Assembly: GCA_965649825.1 (NCBI GenBank)
Contig: OZ287694.1
Coordinates: forward strand, 2,492,902 to 2,556,901
Length of the DNA stretch: 64,000 nt
Direction: 5' to 3'
Source of the DNA: Penicillus capitatus
Taxonomy: Eukaryota > Plantae > Chlorophyta
Shown here one piece after another: positions 27,303 to 40,200 of the stretch (positions are counted from its first letter, which is position 1; every line of letters begins with the position of its first letter). The notes under the pieces were generated by a model, which was not told the origin of the DNA, did no database searches, and saw only the letters and a list, made by a program, of their open reading frames with translations. The translations under genes were made by a program, and so were the position numbers.

Positions 27303-28002
27303 ATGCAATTTGCGATCGTCGTTTTCCTGTTAGTGGCCACTCCGTGGCATGTGGATGCGTTTCTCAACCACGAGAGGCTGGCAGAGTATTCTCTGACGAT
27401 GGACGAGATCTGTGAATTAGAATGCTTTCAAGATATTCTCGATGAGGACTGTGGTGATCTCATGTGTTCGGATATCGAGAGGATTGCCGAATACACAGAC
27501 GCGATCTGCACCCCCGAGTGCCGGAAATCTTTGATCGGGGAGTCGATGGAGAGGTGCTTGACAAACAGTCTACCACGAAGAACAGACTTCGCCGGACTGA
27601 TGGAATTCTTCGACATCGAATATGAATGTACGCCATGACACAGAGAGACTCTCACCCCATCACCTCTGCTCCGCAGATTTCTGCAGTTTGAATCTGGATG
27701 CCGAAGGAAGTCTCGTGAGCGCCTCAATTGATGAGTTTCTTGAGGATGGTTTCGACATTGCCGATCATAAAGATGAAGATGACAGAGAAGAGGAGGACGA
27801 AGACGAAGAAGATGACGACAGAGAAGAGGAACGCGAAGAAGAAGAGGATGAGGATGACAACGAAGAGGACGAGGAGGATGAAGACGACAACGAAGAGGAC
27901 GAGGAGGATGAAGACGATAACGAAGAGGACGAGGATGACAACGAGGAGGACGAGGATGAACCACTAGACGAAGATGACAAGGACGATAGAGAAGAGGACT
28001 GA
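27303..28002 (+). CDS. Secreted 8-Cys protein with hyperacidic Asp/Glu tail (216 aa)
   Basis: Signal peptide MQFAIVVFLLVATPWHVDA; one 49-nt GT-AG intron (27628-27676) joins the two ORFs in frame; 65 of the last 76 residues are D/E. Confidence 0.7.
27840..27960 (+). repeat. Coding minisatellite (30-nt units encoding EEDEDDNEED, plus truncated units)
   Basis: gaggaggatgaagacgacaacgaagaggac-type units repeated in tandem. Confidence 0.8.
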
Positions 28003-28288
28003 TCTGTGGCAATGTACTTTGAATTCCTCCGGCGCGTTGATTCCAGGAGAGACAGCATTTCATTAAGCACTGATCTCTTGTATGCTTTCAAAGATTCGAT
28101 TCTGTGGAATGCATTCACCGTTCAGTTGACGGGGACGTTTCTTTTTCCCTTAAACATCTACCTGATGCCTACGGTTCATCGTCTCAACATTGCTGCTAAT
28201 CTGTAAAATGCCTGTCTGGATAATAATAGGTGGGGTTGGGCAGACTTGGTGTTGAGCCGTCCACATACAAGCACGTTCCGACACACGT

Positions 28289-30429
28289 CTATGACCACGA
28301 TTCAACTTGATATCTTCCAGTTTGCTCCAGTTGTCCGAGAAACTGTTCTGCTCTCGAGATGGTCATCCCTCTTTGGGCAATGAGAGCTTGTATGAGGGAG
28401 TGACGTACATCGTTTGGCATTTTATTGGCCGACCCTGAGATATAGAGATAGCTTCCTTGGTGCGTCAATAGATCACAGACGAGGCGTTCATGCCGCTTGA
28501 TTTGATGCGTGACATAGAATTTCCTCTCTTGATCCCTCGAGAATGCCGTGATCAGTCCATCTTCTGGATGCAGAATCGATGCTTTCTTGAGTCCTTCCCA
28601 TTCAGATGCATAGTAGAAATCTCCAGATGCATTTCTGCAGCCGAAGAACAGGTAGGAAGGCGGCAGGTGAACAGCTGGATCTTTCAACGAAAGGGCATGA
28701 CGCTCATGGAGGACAGAGCGAAATGGAGCCACCCCTGTTCCGGGCCCTGAAACAGCTCAGCACACGAATGTCGACTGTGGAGCCATATGGACGGAATGTT
28801 ACCAATCAGAAGAAGAGGTGCGTTTGATGCTTTACTGAAATCGAAGGAGCCTTTTTCAATCCAACAAGGAACGATGCTGTTTTCATGACCGGGCTGCAGA
28901 CCTGACAGAAAGGATGTGCACAGTCCATTCTTGATGCGATGCGCTTTCGTGATGTATTGAACAATGGCAACTGTCAGGTGGATTTCTTCTGGATGTGCCT
29001 GTTCGACACACAATCCCTGTCACTTCTGTAAGGCTGGCTGACTGGCTGCTAAACTACCGTGGGCGATGATGCAATGGAGAATCTTCTTGGAAGTTTTCTG
29101 GGACAGGCTTCGAGCAGCCAGCCGAGTGGCGGCTGACTTGAAGGAAAATCGGAGAGGACTTCCAATACGGTTCTGCACAGAAAGCACTCGTGCATCCGAA
29201 TTCATGATCTGAGAAGGGCCAGAAGTACCTTCCTGATTTGCGGTTATAGAGTGACAGCTCTTCACTGCCTGCAGCAGATGCGAGATGGGCCAAACGTTCT
29301 TTCTCCTTTTTCTCCTCTGCAAAATGGCTCAGCACTTCAAACAGGAATCGACGAGGCGCGGCACCGGCAACATCCAGCACGCCTGTTCAACACAGAGATC
29401 GGATGGGTTGTATGTCGCTGAGGGGATGCATCATTGAAACCACCTTGCACCAATGATCGAGCAACGCATGTCATTCTCTTTCCCGATGCTGCACTGGCGA
29501 CGGAGAGACAGGAGAAGGGATGCAGTCCAAGCCTCTCCAACAACGCATCGACAGATTTCCATGGAGTCAGAGGATGCATTGCCAAGACATCGCCAGGAAC
29601 GAAGCTGAAAGGAGACGGTGCCGTATCCAGCACCACGTGCCGAGTGTCTTGGAAATGATCGACGGACGTCAGACGTCTGTTCTCTTTGACCTTCGCAAGG
29701 AACGGCCGGAAAACACTTGGTGCAGATGCATCCAACACCTCCGTCTCCGCCTCCTCTATCTGTTCACTTCAATCGAATAGAACACAGTATCCCACACGTG
29801 GCTGGCTCTGTGTGCACCTGGGTGAAGCGTCGCATCGCTTCTATCGAATCCTTAAACCAGTCGACGTCTTTCGTTGGCAATGGGCTCTGCCCTTCCCCGA
29901 TGACGTCAATGCAGAATGGGTGCTCGCCTAACCCGGCGTCTGAGGAGGGCGGATCCAAAGCCAGCTGTGTTGACAGTTTGTGCCACAGAGCAATGAGCCA
30001 TGGATCTAATGCGCCGTCATAGCCTTCGTCGTGCTGCTCGTCACCCAGACCACGATCGACGATCTTCTGCGCACCGAGACTGCAGAGTCGGTTGTGGAGC
30101 TTCTTGGCAACGACGTTGAACTTGACATAGGCTGAATCGCCCAGGCCGAAAACGGAGAACTGCACGTCCTTTAGCGACCCTGACTGAAGAGACTTACGAA
30201 ACAGGAATTTCCAGAATGCCTTCATTCTATCCGGGACGTCACCCTGACCCGTGGTGGCAACCACAAAGACGACAATACTCTCCGTCGGTAGATTGAGGAC
30301 GTCATAGCTGTGGAGGGATTGAACAGTCGAATGGAGTCCATAGCGCCGAGCTTCGCGGCCAATTCTCTTCGCCACGTCCTGACTATTTCCCGTCTGCGTC
30401 CCGTAGAGAACCAAAATCTTCTTCGACAT
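28289..30429 (-). CDS. NDOR1: NADPH-dependent diflavin oxidoreductase 1 (Tah18/ATR3)
   Basis: LVLYGTQTGNS, ATTGQGDVP, FGLGDSAY, GPGTG, FFGCRN, AFSRDQ, YISGSAN, terminal RYQVESWS. Confidence 0.95.
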
Positions 30430-30489
30430 CGCGTACGACACAGCGCGACGTGACGCGACAGATACCCCTGGCAGAACTGGCTGCGGCGG

Positions 30490-31181
30490 ATGGAGGAGAC
30501 GCACTGGGGGCCTGTCTCAAGGTTCTTGGCATCCAGTGCATTCGGAGACGCGCTGTATGAGTCTCCCTTGCTCTTGATTTTCGTTTTGCCTTGGACGTTG
30601 ACCTTTCTATTGGCGCTCTGCTACATCGATGGAGCTCTGATAGGCAGTATCTCTTATGCAGATGGCGTCATACCTCAGTTGACGACCATTGTTGGATTTC
30701 TGCTGTCTGTTCCCTGGCTGCTGTTGATTGGGAAATCTATGACTTCTTTTTCCAGAGCTCTCGGTAAAATGCTGCTCCGACGACACAGCTGGAGATCCTG
30801 TCTCTCAGAGAAGAAAGCAGAACTGGATGCATGGATTCCAAAAAAGAAACTTGATCTGTTCAAAACCATTGCAGCCATTGCAGTATGGAGCATTGCCTCC
30901 TTTCCCTTCACCGTGTTGGTCACGCAGATGTTGGAACAGCATCAGGCAGTTGCCTCTCTTTCTTGCTCCTAGCAGCATCACGAACCTGTTCTTGTTCCAT
31001 CCAGGTCATGATCGCCGTTTTCTTGTCACTGCTACTGCTCCCGTATTGGCTACTGGCATTGGCAGGCATCTATACCCTCATTGTCGGCTGTGTCAGAATC
31101 TATTCTGGACCATCGAGGCAATATGAAGAGTTGCCAAGAAGCAAAATGGACGAGCATTCAAATGACGAGTTGAACACTTGA
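30490..31181 (+). CDS. Hypothetical multi-pass membrane protein (one intron)
   Basis: Two ORFs join across an intron ending ..ccatccag at ~31005; about 4 hydrophobic segments; no family recognised. Confidence 0.5.
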
Positions 31182-31233
31182 TCCTTCCCTGCAATCGATT
31201 TTACAACAGTCGTTTTATGCATTGTACATCTTA

Positions 31234-32636
31234 TTATGTGTCTAGTTGCGCCCCTAGATGAATGCGATAGCCTTCAGGAACACACCATGGCGATAAATCA
31301 AATCCCTCATCCAACAGTTTCGCCGTTGCCGGTTCAATCGTTTTGAGCAGATCCTTGTGTATGAACCCATTGCTCGCGATCACAGACCTAGAGGTGTTGT
31401 TTGGAGCAACATATCGTTGCAAAAATCGAATCTGCTCACGGAATGGCACGCACCTGTCGAATGGAGAGTATGCAAGTCCATCCATTGTTGTCACCATCCC
31501 TCCTGCTTCTTCAACCACCAGCACCCCTCCTGCCGTGTCCCATGGCTTGAGACGATACTCCCAGTATGCTTCAGCAATGCCTAGTTGAGTGCAGTCTGCT
31601 CTGTATCGACCAGATGTCAAGTGACTTGTTCTACCGAGTGCAACATGGCAGAGATCGACCGAGGCTGCTCCGAGACGTCGGACACCCTGAGTGACATCCG
31701 TGAAGTGTTTGAAGAAGGCCATGTTTGTTGACCAGGCATCGTCATGTTCGTATCCAAATCCAGTAATCTGTGCACGGCATCCAACACATCCAATCCGCCG
31801 TTGCTGCATTTCGGATGCGAGATTTACCAAAAGTGATTTCTCCAGTTCTTTGACTCTGCTGATTTCGATGGGCACTCCGTTTGCTTGGGCACCTCCATTA
31901 CGATAGGCTGTGAAGGTCCGTGTATCCCACTGACCAGGACCACCTGAGAATACGACACAGGAAACACATGTCGTTGAGAAATGGCATATGACCTGTGAAT
32001 TCAATGACACAACTGGCCAAGACAATGGCATGTCTCAGCACTGCCACAGATACGCCGAAACTAGGATAGCGATGGGCAAAGTTTGTCGTGCCATCCAGCG
32101 GATCCACACACCATAGGTAATCCGAAGAGGTATTCCCTGTTGTCGGCATAGACACACATGACGCGTTCTGAACCATGCATGACTTTGATGATGTATGGAT
32201 ATGACCTGAAACACCGCCTTCCTCTCCAAGTATGGCATGATCTGGAAATTCCTGACGAAGAACTTTCAGAATCGACGCCTCGCTCTTCTCGTCTGTCGCC
32301 GTGATCAGATCTGTTAGCCCCTTGTAGTTGATTTCCTTCGGCTTGTCTGCAAAGTCCATGACCACCTGATCACAGGCACACGTCGCAGTGCTGCCCGCAG
32401 TCCATGTCTCTGTCTACCTCTGCTCCTGCCTCCGCTGCTGTTTTGGCCACTTTCAGCAAATCCGTCTTGGGAATGGTAACCGTGCTGGCTTGAACGGCAA
32501 AGCGGTGGCGCGCATCGACTGTCCGACCGCCGTTCGGCCGCAGCAGTCTATGTGCTCGTGATTTGAGCGATCCTGCGCATCCAGTGAACAGACCGGTCGA
32601 TCGATGGACGTGGAGAAGCGTCCGATAGCCAGACAT
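31234..32636 (-). CDS. IMPL1: Plastid inositol monophosphatase-like 1
   Basis: WCVDPLDGTTNFAH, TGFGYEHDDAW, GVRRLGAASVDLCHVALG, YWEYRLKPWD; closely follows the green-lineage IMPL1 sequence. Confidence 0.95.
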
Positions 32637-32740
32637 TTGGAAGATACGTTGGATAAGATGCCGTCACGACAGGTCGCCTTCATGTGCATACGGTGTATTC
32701 GTTTCACCGTTCACGACAGCTCTCCTCCTTACATCATTCG

Positions 32741-33257
32741 ATGCCAAAAACAACACGGCAGACTCAATCTCGCACAGCACCGAAAGCAGAGCGCCATCGA
32801 AAAAAGGTGAAGCATAGGGTCGTTAGGAGGGTGTCCGTCATCCGTAGACAATTCGCCAATGACTTAGATGTTCGATAACGACGCCCATTCATATGGTAGG
32901 GTCATGCATCGGGGACAGTCGCTGAGAGGAAGACATCGGTCATAAAATCCAAGTCTTGTCAGAAAATAGGGAAGAGGAAGAAAAGAAAGCAGCAGAAGCG
33001 TCGTCGTGACTGTGTGTCTTCTCCGAGCTGCATGGATCGACTCTCTGATGTGTGTTCTTGGTGGCATTCTAGATGATGAGTATTTTTACGAAGTGGAAAG
33101 AGTTTTGAAGTGTGAGGAGTGGCCGAATGGAGAGAAGAAAGTGCTTGTGAGGTGGAGAGATTTTGGTCCTCAAGCGGATTGCTGGATACCCGAAGCGAAT
33201 CTGTGTCTTCCCCTTTCCGCATACCAGATGGAGACAACAACATCCAAGAAGAAATAG
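32741..33257 (+). CDS. Small chromodomain protein (5' exon structure uncertain)
   Basis: Last exon DDEYFYEVERVLKCEEWPNGEKKVLVRWRDFGPQADCWIPEANL is a chromodomain. Upstream basic exons could not be resolved. Confidence 0.55.
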
Positions 33258-34173
33258 TGCAATAATAAGCGCCTAGCTTCGTGAGTGAGAAGCGACATCC
33301 GCTAACAGCGGTCACTCTACTATTGACATGCAATTAGAATGAGAACTTGGACGTTGACATTTTAGGTTTCGCCATCTTGTCTGACGGACTTCGTGCTTCA
33401 GATGTAAGACGACGAATTCATGCGACTCGACACGCACATCGACAGATGGATGGCTGGGCAGGGCAGAGGTGAAGTGACTGTCCTGCTCGGGGGATGCCGA
33501 TCGATCATCTCATCCTCAAAACCACTGAGGTCGATCGTGCGTCATCGGCATAGCACTTCAAAACCCGTAGTGTATACGGTACGGATGCTTGCGGCGATGC
33601 CCTCATCTCAGTCGAGCATCTATCTCCTTAGGAGGAGTAAGCGGCGGCGACTTTCTTAGCGCAAGCGTTACGGCATCTGGCGTACGATTTGTACTTGTCG
33701 TCCGCGTCGCAGAACAGAACCCTAGAATAGTCACGCATGACGCACTCTATGAACTTCACTGTCGACCCTCTAATGTGAAGGTCGGTCAAGGTGACATCTC
33801 GCGCGAAGATGTACCTTTGTGTAGCGACATGAATCTGTCATCACCTGGTTAAGGTGTGCCTAGGCAGACGCTGTTTAAGATAGACTAGGCGATTGTGGCA
33901 ACCAATTCCGTGTCTCTATTTGTATTAGAGCAGAGAATGTTCGTTGAAGTTCGTGACATTGCCTCGTTGAGATGAAATCCTCCCACTAGAATATGCCGCC
34001 TAAGCCACGGTCGTTCATCTCTTGCATCATAACTATGAGCCGTACATGTACGGTAAAAACCGCATATTGTGGTAGGCTTTCCCGTTTGATGTTTGAGGGA
34101 ATTTCGCCGTAGCTTTTCGTTTTTGACGTCGAGCTGTTTGTTCTGTTTCTTCTCTTTGTTCACCTTTTTGCGA

Positions 34174-35914
34174 ATGGCTGCACCGAGAAGCGCCTCAGTT
34201 GTTCCCCTTCCTGAACGCGTGCCTGTTACGTTGATTACGGGCTTTTTGGGTTCTGGAAAAACAACACTTGTGAACCGCATCCTCAGTGCAAAGGGAGACA
34301 AGCGCGTCGCTGTCGTGGAAAACGAGTTTGGGGAGATCAATATCGACAACAGCCTTGGTGAGATGCACATTCGCCGCGACCCGCGCATCCCTCACATGCG
34401 TTCCTGTATGCAGTGTCCGCGAATCTGATTGCTAGTGAAGATATTGTCTCTCTCGAAAACGGCTGCGCGTGCTGTTCTTTGCGAAAAGATGTTGTCCGCG
34501 CTCTGAAGCAACTCTTTGACAGGTCTGTCTTTCTTGCGAACGTAAATGATGTGACAGGTATTCACACGTCATCCATGTGCATTCAGGAGCAGGAGAGAAG
34601 GATACAAGTTTGATGCCATCCTTCTGGAAACAACGGGATTGGCAGATCCTGCCCCCATCGTCTTCACCCTTCTGTCACATCCGTGGATAGCGAGACACTT
34701 TAAACTTGATTCCATTTTGTAAGCAATCATATGCCTCATGGCTGAGATGATGCGATGGTGATGTGACGTGTCATTAGGTGTGTGGTGGATGCCAAGTATA
34801 TTGTAAGGAATGTGGTGGTAGATTCAAAGGGCTCAGCCAACGTGAATGAAGCAGCCCAGCAAATCGCTTTTGGCGATCTGATCTTAATAAACAAGATCGA
34901 TATGGTAGATGCAGAAGAGCTTGCGAAAGTGAAAAAGACCGTGCGCACGATTAACCGTAATGCATCATGGATAGACTGTCAACTGAACAAAGCAGATGGA
35001 ACGGGTCTTCCTGACGTGAGTCAGATTCTGAATGTGGATTCGTTCTCCCTGGAAAAACTTCGGCAGTTTGATCCTACCTTTATGGAGCCGGAGTCTGATG
35101 ATGAAGAAGCAGAAGAAGGCAAAGAAGCTGAGCAGCAAGGTGCATCGCAGAAGGATGAAGAACAACGCAGTGCTGTAACAGATGAAGACGACGGTGACGC
35201 CAATGATGAGAACGACGAGGAAGAGGAATTGAAAGAAACCCATCGTCCAAAGAGAAAGCGTCGCATTCATCATGACAATATGGGCATCTGTTCGGTTGGA
35301 GTTAGAGCCAGAGGACCTCTCCATCAATGGCGATTTAATATGTTTATGAAAGACTTCTTTGCTGAAAGAGCCGAAGATATCTTCCGCAGTAAAGGCATTC
35401 TTTGCATTAAGGTAATAGAGAGCCTATTCTTCGTTCCGCGATCTATTGCTGATGGCGGATGTGCGTCATGGTAGGGGCGAGAGAGCACAAAATTCGTATT
35501 TCAAGGTGTGCACGATACAATCACGTATGGACCATTGCCGGATCCGTGGGGTGAAGATGAAGAGAGAATCAATAAGATTGTTTTCATTGGAAGGAATTTG
35601 AACCGACGTGTACGATTTCATCTCCCTCAAGCATACATACCCACTGAACAACCCTTTCTGCTTGTAGGAGATTACAGAGGCTCTTCGAGACTGCATATGG
35701 ACCCCTCTTCCGGATGGCTGGGTAGAGAAGTTCGATCGTCAGACCCAACGACCCGTTTATGTAAATGAAAAGACAGGTACGTGATGCGTCTTTTCCTGCC
35801 TTCGCAGCTCATGGACTTGTTCTAGGACAGCGTCAGTTTGAGATGCCTCAGTTTGCTGTTGGCCATGTGGAAGCAACGTCGTCCATTCCGTATGGGAGAC
35901 GACCGTCTAGGTGA
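34174..35914 (+). CDS. CobW/COG0523 (ZNG1-like) GTPase metallochaperone with C-terminal WW-like domain
   Basis: [33 protein letters not shown], acidic insert, CobW_C (RSKGIL..FQGVH..FIGRNL), then [19 protein letters not shown]. Confidence 0.9.
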
Positions 35915-36257
35915 CAAACCATGTATCAAGAGTATGCATGAATGGAAGCTGACACACACATATGTCTATCACTACTGATCTGTATGTATGTGCGCCGCCG
36001 TGTGGACGTGCACGACAAATACATCTTTGTCTGGAGAACATCTATGGCTTAATGTGAAACATTTGTTGACGGCGAGATTACCACCACTCACCGCTTGTAA
36101 CGGATTGATGGCGACCATCTTCGCGACACGATGTGCTCGGTCCTTGCACGCACGCCGTACGAGATCGAGTTGCCGGCCGCCCTCTGCGACGAGAAGCCAA
36201 CAACAGTTAAGTGGCCGAAGGCTACCGGCTAGAGCGATTCGATCAACATTCGCAACG

Positions 36258-37236
36258 ATGTCGCTGCTGAAAGTGACGGAAAAATCAACTGGCGTCGAAT
36301 TTCCTCTTGTTCAACGTTTCTGGTGGAGGACACCGTCTCCAAGACGCTGTCAATAGGAGATGGCCTTCTTTCAGGGAAGGAGATGAGTACAGATGTCTTG
36401 GCGCCGCCCCTCGTCTCAAGAAGGTTCTATTCTTGAATGTCAAAGTACGGATGGATAGAGTATCGAGAATCGTCTGTGGGATCACCTACCTCTCTCGACA
36501 GGTCTATGCCATTGCTCTATACGTCGAAGCGGCCAAAGCAGCGAAGGAATTGAAGATCCGTGATCGGGGCGATTTCTTCAAAGATGCCGATCAGAGTTCG
36601 TTCTGTGATGCCATCATGGATGGAGCCTTTGACAAAGTCCTACAGGTATGACGGCAACACTGTGGACGATCTGGATGTTATGCAGCTGATCGATGCGATA
36701 GATTGCATTGGTCAGAGATGTCACGAGCGAGCAGTTTCGCGATGCCATCGAGGAGGCCATTGGAGCGAAGCTGAGGTTCATTGGTGCGTCCTGCCAGGAG
36801 ATGTCCTCATTCTCTGAAAGATAAATGCCAGACGGTCCTGTGTTCAGGGGCGAGTGAAGTGTTTGAGGACTTCAAGACATTCATAAGCGAGCAAGAACTG
36901 AAAAAAAGTATGCGGCCTATCCATTGGATCAGGATGAAGCGCATGGATGGACAGGCAGCACTTTCATTCTTCACTGGGGAGTTGGCGGTTATCTAGACGC
37001 AGGTGTTGCTCCTGAGGGCGTGTCTGACTTCTCTGTCGCGGTCAGGAGTTTGCGTGTGTGTTTGTTTGGCTAGATGGTCTTGACTGTTTTAGATTGCTGG
37101 AGCGAAACGATTCGAGAATGCTGGGTTCTGCCGAAGCATGTTCGAAGTGTACATGGGTCAGAATTCTTTTATTCCAGCCGCCAAGGAGACATGGGCGAAT
37201 GGGGCTCGTCTGCTGCTGGAAAGCGCAAACAACTAA
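36258..37236 (+). CDS. Chalcone-isomerase-fold protein (FAP/CHIL-like)
   Basis: EKSTGVEFP, CLGAAPRLKK..VKVYAIALYVE, HLVRDVTSEQFRDAIEE; typical CHI-fold motifs. Confidence 0.75.
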
Positions 37237-37294
37237 ACACTGCGTCTGATGTCAAGTATCATCGAAAATGAACATACAACCGTCAAGACGCATC

Positions 37295-40200
37295 TCACGA
37301 GGTTACAGGCGATCGTTCAACCGGCAGCGATCTCGAACGTGTCTTGTAATTGGCAATGAGGACACGATAGGCATCTGTGTTGAGCAGTCCTTTCACAGAA
37401 GTGAGGATGTTCTGCTCGTAGTGATAGGCGTTGATTAAACTGAGCAAAATGGATCGGAAGTCTCCAAATCTGTCTTGTCCATGCTCCGTAAGGATCAGTT
37501 CTGCCACGTCCATTAGAGGAACGAAATCTGCAAACAGACCAGGACACCATCTGCCACCATCCTCACGCAGTGTCTACTTACCAGCCATTGCTGTGATAAC
37601 TTCATCCATCAATGCGGCATAGATGTCTCGCAGAAATGCCAGTCGTGGATACTCATGGAACTGATCGTTCTTTTTGATGATGCCTTTGTGATAGAACCCC
37701 GACGGTACATGGATCGATTTCTTCTGTTTCTTGGCGAGATGAGGAAGATGCTTGAAGGCATCGATGAGCACCTAAGCATGCAAGACCACTACAATGAGCA
37801 TCGTTCCTAGCGGACAGAGCACGACTTCCTGAAGCGTGAACCACAGTCGTAGTGTTTCCTTTCTTCGTTTCTCATCTCCACCACCCTTCTTGTCACGTCG
37901 CAAAGAGTTTCGGCGACAGAGCGCCACGGTAGATGCCAGAGATGACTGCGCTTCTCCCACTTCTTTGGGCAGCTGGCCAAGACGCACGTCAGGAGTACTG
38001 GACACCCGTAGGATAGCGCTGAGAGACAGCTGCCGCGATAGAGAAGTGTCCAAATTGTCCAAAGATCTCGACAGAATTGCCCGTTCCATCATCCTATTGG
38101 CACTGGAAACAGAGAAAACATGGATCGGGATAGGGGCAGGCAGGGAGCTGGTACTTTTCCATTTTCTCAATGAGAACGCGTAATGCTCCAAACACGTCTC
38201 CTTCTCTCTCCAGTAAGTAAGCTGCGCCATCCTTCAGCCCAAACGACATGCAATCCTCTTTGCATTGTTGGACATCGATCAGGTGATCGTATGTTCGCAG
38301 AAAGGGAAGAACGTTGTCTGGGTCATACTCGCAGAGTAGATTCACATACAGTGTGCAGTGAGACTTCGTCAATAGCTGGTTGGTGTCGGCAGACAACGAA
38401 ACGTTCTCCTACATTCCACATCGAGTTCTTCACTCGTTCGCTGTCGCTGGAATGGGTGTTGTGTACATACATGGTTCAGTGCCGCATCCATAGAGCTCTG
38501 CAGATACTTGAACAGTAGCTGTCGACTGCCATGCAGTCCTTGGATAACCGCCTCTTGATCGTTTGGGAAATGGCGCATCACCATAGAGGCTGCACTCTGC
38601 GGATCCAAATTGGCCAACTCGCTCATGCAACAGAGCACAGCACCTGAAAGGCAGAGAGCTCTGTTTTCGATGAGGTGACCATAGTCAGAGATGACTTTTG
38701 AGCTTTTCGAGCTCAGTCGTGTTATTGTAATCCATAAAATAGCTGACGGCCGATTCGAAATAGGCAAAGCACCCTCCGACAGACGTCGTGCCAGCTTTGA
38801 TGTGGTAATCCAGGGCAGCCTTGTATTCTCGAAATAGGTGATGGAGTTGGGCAGCAGCAACCAGCATATTTGCATTGATGGCAAGACCTAGTGCTTTCTG
38901 CCCTTCCAGGTACGTCATTTTCATCGTCGATCTACACAACATAAGCAGACATGAATAACATCTATATCTGCTTAGACAAAGAACGAGCACACCTCTTTGA
39001 CGAATCGCATTCGAGGCCAACACTCCGAACAATTCCACAGAACTGGATTTCTTCCTCTGTTTCAACATATTTCTCCATCTCTCTTCCTGTACAGGATCGA
39101 AAATGTACATGGCAGACGTATGCGAGAAAGTGTTCTCGAACGTGCCTTTTGATCGGGAAGATAGATGCTCCAGTAACACCAACGCTATTGACGGATTGAC
39201 GACAGCTTGACCAGATGCCGTACACTGGCAGAGAAACGCCAACCAGCTCGAGCGATCTTGTGGAAAGTGCTCCATGAGATCGATTAACGTATCCACAATG
39301 ACCTACAGGTATACAGAGAGAGGTCGGCACAGCTGAAGCCATCTGCCAAACCTGTGTCACTGTGCGGACACTTGTCATCTCTTCAACGGCCCCACCGCTG
39401 AAGGCCTCCAGCAAATCTTTCTCCATACAGTCCCAATCTTCCAGTGCATTCTTAATCAGGCGAAGAACCAGTGGCGCATGAACTGAGAGTAGACACTGAA
39501 GGACAGGATAAGGTTCCGCAACTTCGATGAGGTCCACGTGGTGCTCTTCATCAGTGACCTCTGAGCATGCTCGCATCCTCTGGGTGGCTTTTCTGATCTC
39601 TTCTGCTTTAGTGAAGAGTATGAACCCCAGCATCTGTTTAGACCAATCGACTGCAGGCGCATTAATCAACATATGTGCAAACCTGCTGCTTTGTGTGCAA
39701 CGCATGCTGTTCGTCAATTTCTTCCTTTCCCGGTGGATAAGATTCCCCAAACAAACAGCAACGCAGATATAGCAGCAATTTCATGCCATAGTCATATGTC
39801 TATACATACACAGTGTGGCTGTTGCAAGAGTTTCGTTTGTCAGTGCTTGAAGGACTTTCTCTTTGTTCGGCGCTGCGTGGATGGCGCCAAGGAGATATCG
39901 CGCCGGTGTGATGCAGTCTTGCAGCATGGGATTGTTGAAGATCGTCAGCAATGCCGTAAAGAGGTGGTGTTCGATGCACAAGGGGATCACCTATGAACAG
40001 ATGGGTGTCCTCTCCTGAAATTCTATGCTGATCTACTCACTACCTGATTGAGATCGAGAGATGAGATATCCATACGCATGACACATCTTTCGACCTTCTC
40101 AGGTTCTCCAATCGCACAGCAATACTCCACCAGACTCTGCATGATCTCAGGTGGAAGCCTCGCCTTCAGCTCGTTTGACGTCAGTCTCTTTTCCAGCTTT

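Noticed and set aside
27428-28118. Poly-Ser, Pro/Arg-rich and Thr/Lys/Arg-rich ORFs
   Set aside because: Shadow frames of the GAR/GAY-rich acidic minisatellite.
33260-34140. Short ORFs between the chromodomain gene and CobW
   Set aside because: Multiple stops in every frame; no supportable identity or repeat structure.
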